Origin: Ophelia neglecta | Taxonomy: Eukaryota | Direction of reading: 5' to 3' | Assembly (NCBI GenBank): GCA_965285935.1 | Contig: OZ260663.1 | Coordinates: forward strand, 49,662,001-49,726,000 | Length of the DNA stretch: 64,000 nt | Shown here: piece by piece, positions 1 to 13,200 of the stretch | Position numbering within the stretch: position 1 is the first letter of the stretch | Layout: each line of letters starts with the position of its first letter | Translations under genes and position numbers: made by a program | The notes under the pieces: generated by a model | Seen by the model: only the letters and a program-made list of their open reading frames with translations | Databases searched by the model: none | What the model was told of the DNA's origin: nothing

Positions 1-1212
1 CGGCCTAATGCCTATTGTCTATTAAAAAAAACTTATTGTACACTATAATTATATGCATGTTCTCTCACCACTAGCACTAAGGCCTCTGATGGGATTCGTA
101 AAAAATCAATATTATTAAAAGCCCAGCTAATAAAAATAGATATACGCCTGCTGAAGGCTATTGAAACAAGTAGCTGATTGCATAGATTGTCTGTTGCTGT
201 GATGTTCCTATACTTTATGTGCCATGATCGCATAAAAAATATATCAGCACTTAACCGTGTCTGGGTATTAAAATACTCTCGGGTTACCGGGCACGGCGGG
301 AAACATTGATCGGCTTAGAAAAAATAGATAAACGGTCTCACAGTAAATGATGCACATAAGCACAATACAAGTTGTTATTTATACTATAATGTGCATGGCG
401 ATCTTGAAGAATACATGGCCTATAACAAGATATATAAGCGACACTTTTCGAGGAACCTACAATTCAGCGCTTTAATATAAAAGCTGTACCTGGCATCTAT
501 ATGGGCCTACCATATTATAGGCCTAGATGTGTTACATTAATGAGATCTGTTTTAAACCTGATAAAATTCCATATAAAACTTTACACGATCTAAGAAAAAA
601 TAGGCCTACTCCAACTGTTGATGGGGATAAAGATGGCCGCAGGCTTATGTGCCAATGCCAATATAGTATATTTTCGAAATCATGCCGAAATTCTGGAAAA
701 AATTGTGGAAGGACGGTTTCTTACACATTCTGATCCAAGCAAGTAAATAAGGAATCAAGGTCTCGCCATTTTGTTATCCCCCCCCCCCCCCTACACACAC
801 ACCTCAGGACTCTATCACTATGGACCCCGCATGTTTTGGAATGCTCACAGCACTCAATCAGTAGGCCTAGTCGCCTATACTGCTGAACCGTGCGCCCTCC
901 CCCCCCCCCTTTTTTTTTCTTTCTGCGCCTGAGGGTTTCTTTTGTTTTGATGAATGATCATTCATGAGTAAATTACGAGTCTCATGTAACAAAAACAGAT
1001 ATGACTTTGGTTCAAAGCCAGGTGAGAACCTTAAGTCGACAAGATTATTTTCCTCAATATAGTTTATGTTTTTTAAGTCAAGAGTGCATTATATCAGCTA
1101 CAACCCGCATAAATCAAAATGTTAAAAAAAAAACTCTTCATGTTATTTTCAAACTTATATATTGACTTGGTCAATTACTACACAACATTTTATGCCTACT
1201 ACTCAGACATCT

Positions 1213-2403
1213 TTATGCTTCGGAAATGGTAGGTGAGGTTATTTCAAAGTGGACCTGTGCAAATGGTGGTTTGTTGGATCTTAACCCCCTCAACTTCCCG
1301 GCTGGGGCTGACACTGTCCCTCTCTCCGCCTTTTCCTGGTGCTGGTCACTGTAGAGGTTAAACAGAGTGCGCATGTCAGGGACCATGGTGGTGTGGCTCC
1401 GCGATGTCAGTGCCAGTAATTTGGGGGTGGATGCAAACCTGCTGCGGGAAGATTTCGTAGAGGAGAACCCTGAGTGCGAAATTCGAGTTGACACTTTGGA
1501 CGTTGGTCTGAGCTTTGGATTCCTGACCTGGTCGTTGATCTCTTTGATGAGGATACTGCGAGCGCTCACTCCGTCCATGATAGCCTCTTGAGGTTTGTTA
1601 GGGGGGAAGTAGCTGAATACGGCCGGGAGCCGAAGGGCCGAATCCAGTGACTCCCCAAGTGGGTGGGTGGGTGTCTTATAGTGGTGACATACGTGCCCAC
1701 TGGGGGCCCGGTACATGGTCTTCTCTCGAGTGAAGCGAGGAATTTCAGCAAAACTCCTGGACCGACTACTGCTGAATACAGCTTGCAAATCTGAGCTGCG
1801 ACTCACCCACTCAATTGCATTCAAGAAGAACTCGTTGTCTCTCAGAGTTGGCTGAGCGCGGCCACGTTTCAAGAGAATGTGTGCAGAAACGCAGTGTCCA
1901 TACTTGCAGGCCAGCAGGAGCGCCGTGTAGCCCATGCAGTTCCGTTCATCCATCGAAAGGCCAAATTTGTTGAGGACCTCGACAAGGATTTCTACCAATT
2001 CTGGGTTACCACTCAGACAGGCGTGAATCAGGGGCGTGTTCCCATCATTATCCGGAGCGTTTACTGAGACGGTCTCCTCTCGGAGAAGACGGGCCACTAT
2101 CCGAGCTTTGCCTTTCATGCATGCATAATGCAATACTGTCCTGTGCATATTATCTCTAATATTCACATAGGCTCCGGCTTTCAAAAATATTTTAATCATT
2201 TTATAACCATCGTCTTCATTTTCCAGTAAACTAGCCAACATGAGAGCAGTCCTTCCGAACATGTCTTTCGAATCCACCTTTCCGCCATGTTTGTTGACAA
2301 GCAGACGAGCTTGATGAATCCTGCTGTCGAGGACAGCTTGATGCAGGGCCGTTTTAATGGGTCGCTTTATAAGGGCGGCTTGATTGGCGACAGGTAGTGC
2401 CAT
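1213..2403 (-). CDS. Intronless ankyrin-repeat protein, ANKRD63-like (ANKRD34/63 group), 396 aa from the first ATG
   Basis: The N-terminal half has about 5 ankyrin repeats (GRTALMLAS, HRTVLHYAC, GNTPLIHAC, GYTALLLAC), followed by a Ser/Arg/Pro-rich tail. LVEVLNKFGLSMDERNCMGYTAL resembles the ANKRD63 segment as recalled from memory. The ORF track starts at a TTG (2415) with an in-frame TGA at 2416-2418, so the ATG at 2403 is the likely start. Stop is TAA at 1213-1215. Confidence 0.88.
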   Translation of the reverse strand: MALPVANQAALIKRPIKTALHQAVLDSRIHQARLLVNKHGGKVDSKDMFGRTALMLASLLENEDDGYKMIKIFLKAGAYVNIRDNMHRTVLHYACMKGKARIVARLLREETVSVNAPDNDGNTPLIHACLSGNPELVEILVEVLNKFGLSMDERNCMGYTALLLACKYGHCVSAHILLKRGRAQPTLRDNEFFLNAIEWVSRSSDLQAVFSSSRSRSFAEIPRFTREKTMYRAPSGHVCHHYKTPTHPLGESLDSALRLPAVFSYFPPNKPQEAIMDGVSARSILIKEINDQVRNPKLRPTSKVSTRISHSGFSSTKSSRSRFASTPKLLALTSRSHTTMVPDMRTLFNLYSDQHQEKAERGTVSAPAGKLRGLRSNKPPFAQVHFEITSPTISEA

Positions 2404-2945
2404 CACACTGCTCAATCAACTCAGCAGTGTAGAGGATGATACCTTTTATCTCCTTATAGGCAGTTTACGGCTCTTCCACTCTGGTCGTGTATACAACCTG
2501 CTCCGGTGTCATGAATAGCAGAATAATTGAATGCACAGTGGCGTGAACTGCCTGTATGTTTACTGTTCGGTTGCTCTTGGTACTGGCTATACCTTCTCCC
2601 AAAGTAATTCAATATTCCTTGCCGACTTAGTCTGTCGAACAAATTGTTGGCATTCAAAAGCAGGGCACAAATCTTTCAACAATGACTTAAGCCGTGATAC
2701 TTGTAAATATTACCAATATGGTATGAACAAAGTATCTACAAATGCTGTTTATATCGGCGATAATTCAGCTGCAACAAACTAAATCTCCTAATATGAACAA
2801 ACTAGATTAGTGCCGAAACGATTTTCCAAAGCACCACAATAAAGACCTTTGTGTCAATAGTCCATGTTTAAGTGCATGTACGCGGAGCAATATTTATTAT
2901 ATTTCACATGGAACAGTATATATTATGTAGCTACTCCTATTAAGA

Positions 2946-2974
2946 ATCTCTCCCACATTTAATGTGGGAGAGAT
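2946..2974. other. Perfect inverted repeat / hairpin (14-bp arms, 1-nt spacer)
   Basis: ATCTCTCCCACATT-T-AATGTGGGAGAGAT. Confidence 0.9.
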
Positions 2975-3869
2975 AAGCAATGTAGGCCTTTACCTATTAA
3001 GTTAAGGCAATTTGGTCCTATAACTTTTTTTATTTTGCTGAGAAGCCCATTCCATCCATGTGTGTTTGTCAGTCGTTTTACCAGGTGGCTGGCTCTCGAT
3101 GACAAGATCTGGTGTGGTCCACGAACGAGCCGGATTCACGAGGCATGAAGTCGTGCCAAGGTCTCTACCGATCAAATTTAATCAATACCAGTCAGATCTA
3201 GTCAGAAGGGACTTGAAAGTCGACTTAATATCTTGATTTATATTAAGGCATATTAATTTTTTTGGTGTCAAGATGGCAGGAATGTTTACTTCGGTTTTAT
3301 GTCGTTTTATTGGTTACGAAAATCAGAGAACGTGTATGCATGGTACACAAAGAGAAAGGCTTTTTTTACGCTACTTAGTTTATAAAAAAACTTGTGGATA
3401 GATTCACTTAGCGTTTTCTTTCTTTCAAACAATCAGAAACTGCTTCCATGATTTGTTTTTCTGGCAGATTCTGGCCGTTTATTAGGCCTATAGGCCTGCA
3501 TTTGTTGTCTTCAATGGTTCATTATACTAAGTAATTGTCGATCAATTTAACTGGTCGGGCGTATAAATGATATTTGAAATATTCAAGACCGTTATTGTTT
3601 CTGGTCACTCTATTATTGCAATATAATACAGGTGATGAGTTGTTTAATTTGTACCTCAGTAAGTTATATATTAGCATAGCTAGGCCTATTGTATATAGTT
3701 GGCCTACTGTTTATATTGTATAGTTTATTGGTGACAATTCTTAGAAAATGTGATCAATATTGATAGAGAATACAATACTAGAATGGTAATATCAATACTA
3801 CTTAATATTTATTGACTTTCCAATAACATTGGGTTGATTTAAATTGGGTGTTCTTATTGTTATTGCTAA

Positions 3870-4125
3870 TTGGGTGAGACCAGACTGTTTGGAAAATTGT
3901 CAAACTGTTACTGTGTCCACTGCCAATCCTTAGATACTGATAAAAAGTAACACTTAGACATTGGATTAGGTCAGGTACTTTTGTTTCAACCAATCAGATA
4001 ATCACAGATCTGGTCATACTTTGTACGAATGTAGCACAAAGTAACATTTGGTCGGCAAAGAGAAAAATAAAGAATAATATTCATATTTATAAATTACTCC
4101 AATCTTTGAGGTTAGTCCCGATTTG
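3870..4125 (+). repeat. Degenerate dispersed repeat, copy 1 of 3
   Basis: Shares the ordered blocks GGATTAGGTCAG...TTGTTTC...CTTTGTACGAATGTAGCACAAAGTAACATTTGGTCG...ACTCCAA with the copies near 24 kb and 36.6 kb. Confidence 0.65.
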
Positions 4126-7100
4126 CAATCAAGTCACACGGGATTCAATAAACTCTATTGATTTGATATAAAAACTAAACTTTACTTGACTAATTGATGT
4201 TTTTATTTTGCTGATGAAAATATTTATGCATTTGTGTCGTCTGTTACGTACTTTAAACAGTATTTGAACAACTAGACATTCAAACATCGAGTGTCTGCGC
4301 AACTAGAGAACATAATTACAACCGTAATGCTAACATAATTATGGCTCCGTAAGTAGTGGGAATTATCAGCGGCTCTAGACGAGTATCCACCTGGCGGCAA
4401 ACAGACCAACTGTAATACAGCGTTGCACACTGCCCATATTCAAAGTTTTTGCTTTAATGCGATATAATATTCCTTATTCCTGCTCTTGGGAGATTACGGG
4501 TCATTGAATTTAAACACTTGCATAAAATGAAAATATCAAAGAATGCAATTACATTTCATATGAACATAATTATAACACATAAATGGACAATGAAATAGTT
4601 GTTCGTGTAAATTGTTCTAACTTAGGAAACATTAAATTTTACATAAGCATTCTTGTATACATCGGACACATACTCGCGTGACGTATGTTTATGTGAAGCC
4701 TACAAAGGCTACAAAACTAAACCACAAGAATTTGACGTACACACAGCTAGACTTTTGATAAATAGTCAAGATGTTTGGACAACCGCATAAATCTGAAACA
4801 CATGTATGTTTTTTTATTAATATTTGTCCAATTAAGCGTAAAGGTTTTAACAATGTGTTTGAAGGTATGTTAGATTCATGGTTCGGCATCAGGTTTTAAA
4901 AAAATAACAAGTATTAAAGGCGATAAAAGACGGAATGGCGGTAAATTGTCGCTTACGTGAGAGGTTCCTACAATTAAGCTGTAATATAACTAAATCCTAA
5001 TACAAAAACATTGTTTGTATCTAAACGCCCAGGGATTCATATAACACATTGAGGCGCCTTAGACAATGTCACACGCCCCTTATCCTATTTGATTTCCCTC
5101 CCTCCAGGGCTAGGATTTGTCATAATTTCTGACAAAAAAGGTAAACTTTCATTAATTATTATATCACCCCATGGGTTCAGTGTTTTTCTATCTTCAACAA
5201 CCAGGCATTAAAGTGATATAAAAATCTACACACTGGCCGTTACATGTTACTCGTGCCCCTGCTATTTACTGAGGAGAGTAGCGGATTGGAGACCATTATG
5301 AGCGAGGTCGATAGCTAAACGTCTGCTTCTAGAACATTTTATCAACGGTACCTATTCATGATTAAATTTTAAACTAAATCAAGGCGAATTTTTGTTTTGT
5401 TTTTCCAGTTCAAGAACGAACGCTTCAAGTTGAACTACACATTTTAAAAAGAATCTTAGGATATCGAAGATTATTGTTCTGTAAGTTGTTCCTTTACCTT
5501 TATCAATTATGATAAGATTTAACAGTTGGTCGCCTTAAATAAGCTTATATACGTCTTATTATAATAATCATGACTAGAAAATCAGATGTTTGTTTACAGA
5601 TTTTGTAGGTTTTCTATACTAATTCTATTGATAAGCCACTGGTGGTAATAACTTTAATGCTTCTATTAATGTATTATAATGTTCCCCTTTTGAGTGAATA
5701 CCCTACCATATTTATTTGGTTAGACTCCTGTGAATTATGTTATTAGTGAACCAGGTAGTCTTCCATCTCCCCCTGTGTAGTTAAGCTTTTAATACATGCC
5801 AGGTCCATTAACGATGCAATATTAAATAAACAGTATACTTTGTATGAATTAAAGATCAAGCTTGCTACAAGTTTTTCATCTCGAAAGCTAAACATAAAAT
5901 ATATTGCGGTGCTTTACTATCGAACCGAGGCCAAAAGCTTTTTATAGAAAAATTACCAACCCGGACTGTTATATTTCACTATTACGTGAATAATCTTCTA
6001 CTTTCAAATGCATAAAATATATACGAATCAGAGAGTCAATAACGTTAATTTTAGTCCTCTTTGTTGTCTGCTTTATTTGTCAGAAGTCTGCCAGGACACG
6101 TAAGAAAAAAATAAGAGGAACTCGATGTGTCAATTGTTCAATAATTCCAATTAAAATGGGACCAAACAATAATTGTCCAAACGTGAAATATTTAGAGAAG
6201 GGCGTCCACAAAAAGCTTGCAAAAGTATCTGTCATTTTGTTGGCTTCCGACCAGGTGTTTCTAAGCCCCCTCACTGACTAGACACGTGCTCAATCGAAAG
6301 TCTTCAATGAAAAATTGGACCCACCTTCCTACTTCCCCAATAGTCTCAAGTTTCAGATACATTGATTCAGATTTTGCATGAGCAATATTATATCCGCCAC
6401 TGCTAAGCAATCGATAGGATTAGAATAAAAGACTTGACAAAATTGTTACTGTAAGGAAAGATGATTGTTTCACAAAGGCGACGCGTGCTACAATTTCTTC
6501 TTTCTAATAATTCAGTAACAGGCGTTCAATACATTTAAAAGGCATTAACACTGCCTCACTATTCACAACTAGCCAAATTATCTTGTTGGGGGCTTTTTTC
6601 GTACGATTTTACAGAAATCTTAGACGCGCATTTATCTTCTTTCCGATGTTAAATATTTGTTAGATTTTCTTGAGCATCTGTTTTCAAATGTGTGAGCACG
6701 AACTGCAATAAGAGAAGCGTAATTGTTTACCAAATAAATTGTTTCAATAGCTGCGTAGAGGTGTTGCTTGTTAAATGATATATATTAATTTCACTAATTC
6801 ATATGCTTCAATTGATCAAATAATAACTAGATATCACAAAACTGAATAAAGGAAACAAAGCCAATTAAAGTATCTGCTACTCCATGGCGTTCAGATTACC
6901 AGTTTTGTTCCTCAGTCATTATGTGTTAATGCAGTGGGTATTGATTACAGTTAATGAGTATTCGGTTACCCAAAGATAAAAAAAGAATTGGATTAAATTA
7001 AGGCAATTGACAGAAAGTGATTTAAGGGAAACCAAACGGTTAGAAATCGGAGGCAACTGACGTTTCCCACCCAGAAATTTCCAAACTAATAATAAACTTA

Positions 7101-7224
7101 CATGTCTTAAGAAGTAAAAACGAACTGGCCATCTGGTATCTTGATCAGTCCCTCTCGCTATTCCCAAGGAAACGTTGCTTATAGCATGACCTGTTTCGGT
7201 TAAGTTTACCAAGAGAAGCTTTAT

Positions 7225-7292
7225 TGTTGTTTGTTGGGATGTTTACTAAATTACAGCTGACAGATGTTTACTTGTGATCAATGTAAACACAA
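7225..7292. promoter_or_regulatory. Homotypic cluster of forkhead-binding motifs with E-boxes (candidate enhancer)
   Basis: TGTTTAC at 7240 and 7265, GTAAACA at 7283 and TGTTTGTT at about 7228, with CAGCTG and CAGATG in between. Confidence 0.45.
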
Positions 7293-10200
7293 TTACCGTA
7301 ACAAATGACCGGTATGGGGAAGACACCAGCCAGACTAGTCTTCATGTCTTGCCCAGCTCACTCAAGTGGCTCGTAAGTGACCCCTGCTCTTTTCCTGGGA
7401 AAATACCCATACCCTTCCTGTGCATAGTTAGATAGTTATAATAAGGTAGCTGAAATGGATATTTTACTGGTTTCTGAGATTTGCACAAGGCATAACAAAT
7501 AATGTTTACGGGAGTGGACACTGCACTATGAACAAAATATGATTGCTTTCAGTTGAAAGTAACTTATGTTTTGTTTGTATATTTGCATACAATATTATGA
7601 GAGTGTTTCTAAGGGCTTCTATAGGGCCAGAAACAAAGATAGGACTATATCATACCACGAGTAATGTCTCTTTTAAAACCTGCTTCCCATTTCCACCAGA
7701 TAAACTCCTAAATGACAACACAGCCTCCGTTGCTATATCTTAAGTTGTCAAAAATAGACAAACTATCCAAACAATTTGTGTGGCTTCGCGCTCCGCTTTG
7801 TTTTCGCTCCACGCCGCGTGTACACTGTTTATTCAAGTGAGGGCCCCGAATCTAGAAAGGTTAACTAGACACGAAAACGAATAAATAAGCCCACCTCCCG
7901 TGCTCTTTGCTGTTGAAACAACCATCTCAAGCTGAAGAACTGGCAGAAGAGCTGCTAAAATATCACCTGTGAGGCTTTCTATAAACAGATGGGAACCAAC
8001 ACTGGAGTGAAAGAATTCCGTTCGCTCTACTCTGTGGATTCCAAACAACGGTTCGGTCGTTGTCAGACTTCATCCCTCTGAATGTTTCGATTGTGATTAT
8101 GTTGTGGGGCGTAGCGATTTGTGCTGTTATCTCCAATAAAATACAAATTTGTTTTTTTTCCCATGAGAGGAAACTCAAACATGTCGCATATGATATGGCA
8201 GGAAAAGCACCCATTGCCAAATTGTGTCCGATGATTTTATAGCCACTACTGTAGTTTAAAATATTAATTTGATGTTTTTTCTCAGTGGTGTGTGGTGTGT
8301 ATAAAAGACCTCAGTGAATATTGGCTTTGTTTACCCCAATTTAAAGTCATTTTAATGTGATATTTTTGTTATTGCAATGATGATGCAGCATCAGGTTAAG
8401 CACCTTCATCTTTTCATCGAATTTAATTTTTTAAAAACAAGAGGCTTGGATACACAGAACTGAATAAATAGCCTAAATGCTAATTGCGGCCAAGGAAAAC
8501 ACAGTGATCGATTGTAATGTCATTCTGTTACAAATGTCAGCTATGGCAACACGATTCTATTATTACAATAAGTACCCAATAAGGTACGCATTTAATAGCA
8601 ATTTATCATTCAATTAATTAATTGAGTTTCATTTAGTTTAGGCGCGAGAGTATATTGTCACAATTTGTAGCTGACATTTATACCACAAGATAACAGCCTC
8701 AGGGGAAGTTCAATTGGGGAAAGAATGCAATATTTGATAGATGTTGCATATTAAAAATGTTGAAGCAGAAGATAAGTTCAAAAGAAAACCTTTTCAGGTG
8801 ACAGCGAGCTGCCAACAAATTGCAAATTAAATATCTCGATAATGGTACATTATCTGTTATATCTCACACCTCGGGCGACGCGCACATGCGATTCGTATTG
8901 TACGCTGGAGGAGTGCAGTGAAGTAGTATAACAAGGTGTAAATGGGGTTTTCACAGGGAAAGGTTAGCGCCTTTATTCGGCCAAAATCAGCTGGTTGATT
9001 TTAACTTCTTAGCTGTGCACTTTTGCTTACGCGGAAAGATACAATAATGCAGTATTTACTCTTTTTCTGTATGATTCTTTTCCTTATTATTATTGATCGT
9101 CAAAGGCGTGACTCGAAAGTTACATTCGCGTCTTAACTTTTTGCACCGAAGTAATAATTTTTTCAATGTTATTTACTGACTTCCAATATTAAATAAGGCA
9201 TTTAGCAGCAAGTGTCATAGCACCCATTGCCTTTTAGTGCAAGCCTTCCCTGCACCAAAACAAATTAGGCTTAAATACAAAGGTAAATAAAATGAAAAGG
9301 TGCTTACGGAACTACACTAAGTATTTAGATAGAACTGTAAATTGCCCTTTACAGAATAAATCTTATTACATTCTCGCGAAAATTCTATAGACACGCATTA
9401 CATTCAATTATTACTTGTCGCAGCAGGATTTAGTAAACAAATCTGCTCGGAAATAAAACATTGTCGAGATTTAGGGACTGTAATGCTTTAATAGCCTCGG
9501 GGCCTGTCAAACCTCATCGCCCACGGCTCCTTTCAACACATTTGTGTTTATTCGAAATCCTTGGTTGCACAGAAGTGCATGGCATTTTCCTTTATGCTAA
9601 TATTTATCATTATCGTAATAAGTTTATGATAGGATTTAGGCTTTCTAATTTATGACGGCCCTATCTAGTATAACCAGTTCGTTGTTGCTTCATGCGGTCT
9701 ATGCGGCATTAAAACTAATCCGTCTGCAAACTTTAGAAATATGCAGTGCTATGGAGATGGGAGAGATCATTATAGTGTGATTATATATGTATTTGGGAAG
9801 AAAAAGGAAAAGTATAACAATTGAAATATCAAAAATCTATTTATCCTCAACTATTTTATTACCCTCAAACACTTTCTTCGCTAGCAGGTCATTTGGTCAG
9901 AATATATCTCAATAACAAGTAAATTTATGTATATTAAATACTTACAATACCCGCAGATGCTTTATTCATTGGCTATGTAACTTAAGCTTGAGAAAACACT
10001 AAAAAGACTGATCTACTCTCGCCTAGGCAATAAATAAGAGAAATTAATGGTAATTGCAGCTGAAGGTATTTGATTGCCTCTTTTCTGCACTCTTCACATA
10101 GACAAAGACTAAGAACCGTGCTGCTCGCCTTGCCAACGCCGGCATTAAGAACAACAAGGCTCCTATGCTGGATCACAAGAAAATGCAGTAAAATCACTCG

Positions 10201-13200
10201 ATCTGTCGTCCATAGCTGTGGAATGAGCCTTGTCCACATTCTGCTCTGCCGGGCTCCAGGCTAGCAACAACTAACAATACAAACTATGGCGATCTGGTGA
10301 GAAAACATTAATCTAACCCCTCAATAGATCATGAAGAGCAGCACTCTGTCATAGCCCTCCATTTTTCCAATCCGCCAACCGGAATAGGCATTGTCCTCGC
10401 GACACTCAACGCCAACTGAAGTCCCGGTAAATCTGCAAAAATGAAAATAGCCAAAATACTTGTTGGAATTAAAGAATGGTGTAATTTAATGGCTCTGTCT
10501 AAGTCGGTATTATTTATGCTCGCTCAAAGCCGATGGTTAAACAGAGGGTTGCTGGTTGTATTATGCGCAGAAGCCATCATCCTCTATATAACTACACTGT
10601 TTCCTGGACACCCAACATGAATGAACCCCGACATTTTAATCATAGACAGATTAGACATGAGGCGAGCCACAAAGGATTTAACTCAGATAAAATTGTTCGA
10701 CCATCCTCCCAAAGCATCTCGACTTTCAATGACACTCCATGTCGGAGGAGAAGACAGTCGAATCCTTCTAGGCGTATTTACCTTCATTATTGTGTTGAAG
10801 CTTTCCAGATAAGAAGTTTCAATTCCATCAGAAACTAATTCATTATGAACTCCAGTAAATAATCTTTATCTATTTAGATTGCGTTTATTGCTTTCTTGAC
10901 ATTAATAAAACAGCAGATATTTGTCTCTGAAACTGGTCCGAGTCTATGGACAGTAAATATAAAATACTGGTAATATATGCGACAAAAACATCGCATATAT
11001 TGAAGATAGTAACTTAAATTATGGGAAAGAATGCCAATAAAGCCAACAGGCTATAAGACACATTCCATCCCCGCCTTACCTAACTAAAGTTCAGGAACTC
11101 TTTGTTTTGGGCCGTGTATATTAAACGAAATGGCATAGCGACACATTATGCGCTCAGCATGCTGGGTGATCTGTCTGCATTTCAAGCCTGTCCAGACCTT
11201 CGGCTTCCCATGTGAATCTGCCCGATAGACTGTCCGACATACATGCACCGGCGATTTATACTTTTATGATAGGCCTAGAGCAAAGCAATGTAAAAAAGTA
11301 TTTGGGGTGTAATGTGTGGAGGTGGGGTTCGACTGCCAGGGAAGCTTATTTATTGAATAATTTCTTTGAAAAATGTACACAGGCGCAACAATGTCGGAAA
11401 TATATCATTTACAGCGAAATGAACCCGAATAAAAAATGATCACGTGCCACCTGTAAAATGTATACAACCGGTCTGCAAATATTTGCCAGCTAAGTTAGGA
11501 CCAGTTTCAAAATAAGTAGCCTATTCAGATATTAAAATCGGCAGTTATGAAAACTCCATCACATCCTTTGCGCAAGCTATACGGACAGCATATAGGCCTA
11601 TACAGTTTTTTTTTGAAAATGTCAAAAGGCATAAAATAGAATTCGAGTGCATATAATTAATAAGCTTTGTTCATGATAGGGAAGCACAATAAAACAAGAA
11701 TGCTAGCAACTCTATTAGAAACTAACGTTAGGTTTTTGTCTTACATAAACAAGAAGGAGAAGCAGTGTGGTTATGTGTTACAGGAAATAGTTCGGTTTGG
11801 GTAATAACACTGTTGTTTAGATGCTTACAAATGGGAAAGATGGTTTATTCATTCCTTACATAAACACTAGTCTACGGGAAAAAAGTTTATGTGTTGTAGT
11901 CCCTCTTTTGATATGCAATTAGAGCTTTGTTGTTTCATGTGTTGTTTCATGTCAGCCAAGAGATAGGGAGGCTATTGGCTTCAAACAAAATGGTTTGCAT
12001 CAGAGCAACTCGAGCAGCCAACACCTATGGAAATTTTCCTTGTACATGGAATCTATAATACACGAAATAAATACCTTCCGCCTTAGCTAATTTAATGCTA
12101 TGGCTTTGGAAACGTAGTTTTTCAAACTAACTACATATGGCTCTTCATTTGCTGCCTACGAGCAAAGAAATATACATAGCCCTATAATTATCGGACTACT
12201 TGTATTATTGGCAACAAGTCCTCATGGTTGGTCCATGATTGATGAAGTTTGTCATTTGATGAGTAACGGTCACATTTTTATCGTTTAATGCAGGTGCCCT
12301 TGGGTGTTTCCATCAAGGGACTTGTTGGCTAACTTGCTTAACTGTATAGGTATAAATGGAACCCTGACAAAAGCGTCAGACAGATGTTCTCTGCTGACAG
12401 TCAGCCGAAATGGCATACTTTGTAAGGCTATTGGCTAACTACAATAACGTTTTGTAAAGACCTCTAACAGAAACCCCACATGGGCGACTCTATACCTGCA
12501 AAGCTGCTATTTTTCTAGTCTTCCTCGCGCCAAACAAGTCACTATTTTTGATGGATAATTAAGATAATATTAATCCGATGCCTTGCAAGTGAGCAAGGTT
12601 GACAAGTGAGAAGACAGTCGTGTCTCACTTCAATGGTTTCCGGCATTCCGTTCGGCATATGGCCGCGCGCGACACAATGACAGGGCGTGTCAACGCCAAT
12701 TGAGCGTACCCAACTGCGACCAAATGACATTGAGCCTCCCAATTTCCACCGTCACATGAAGTACCGGTAGTTGAATTTCATACACGACATCATCGATATA
12801 ATTAGCCGGTACTTGGCGTTGAACACTCGGATGAAGTGACCGATGCATTTAACCTACAATCAACACTTCTATATTAACCACACCAAAACACACATACAAC
12901 AAGGTGTCAGCGAAACAGGCAGTTCTGTTTTAATACTATATCTCATATGCACTTAGCAGAATTCGTGTGTTACTAAATGGTCACATCAATGAAGTAAAGT
13001 ATTCAGTCGAGGCAAGAAGGCGGCTAATCGCTGGAGCATTCGTCATACAGGACAAAAGGCTTTTCGACCGTTCAATACCAGTTTTCGGTTTTCTATTGAA
13101 ATCAGATAAAATGGTGACAAAGCAAGTCAGTTGAAACTCTCCATTCTTCTAAATATTTAAACATTTCATTGACGTTGGTTAGTGGTTATGATTAAAGTGG

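Noticed and set aside
2404-2415. TTG start for the ankyrin ORF as given in the ORF track
   Set aside because: This is a eukaryotic gene and an in-frame ATG lies four codons downstream at 2403.
11322-11342. B-box-like GGTTCGACT, suggesting a tRNA or SINE
   Set aside because: There is no matching A-box or stem structure.
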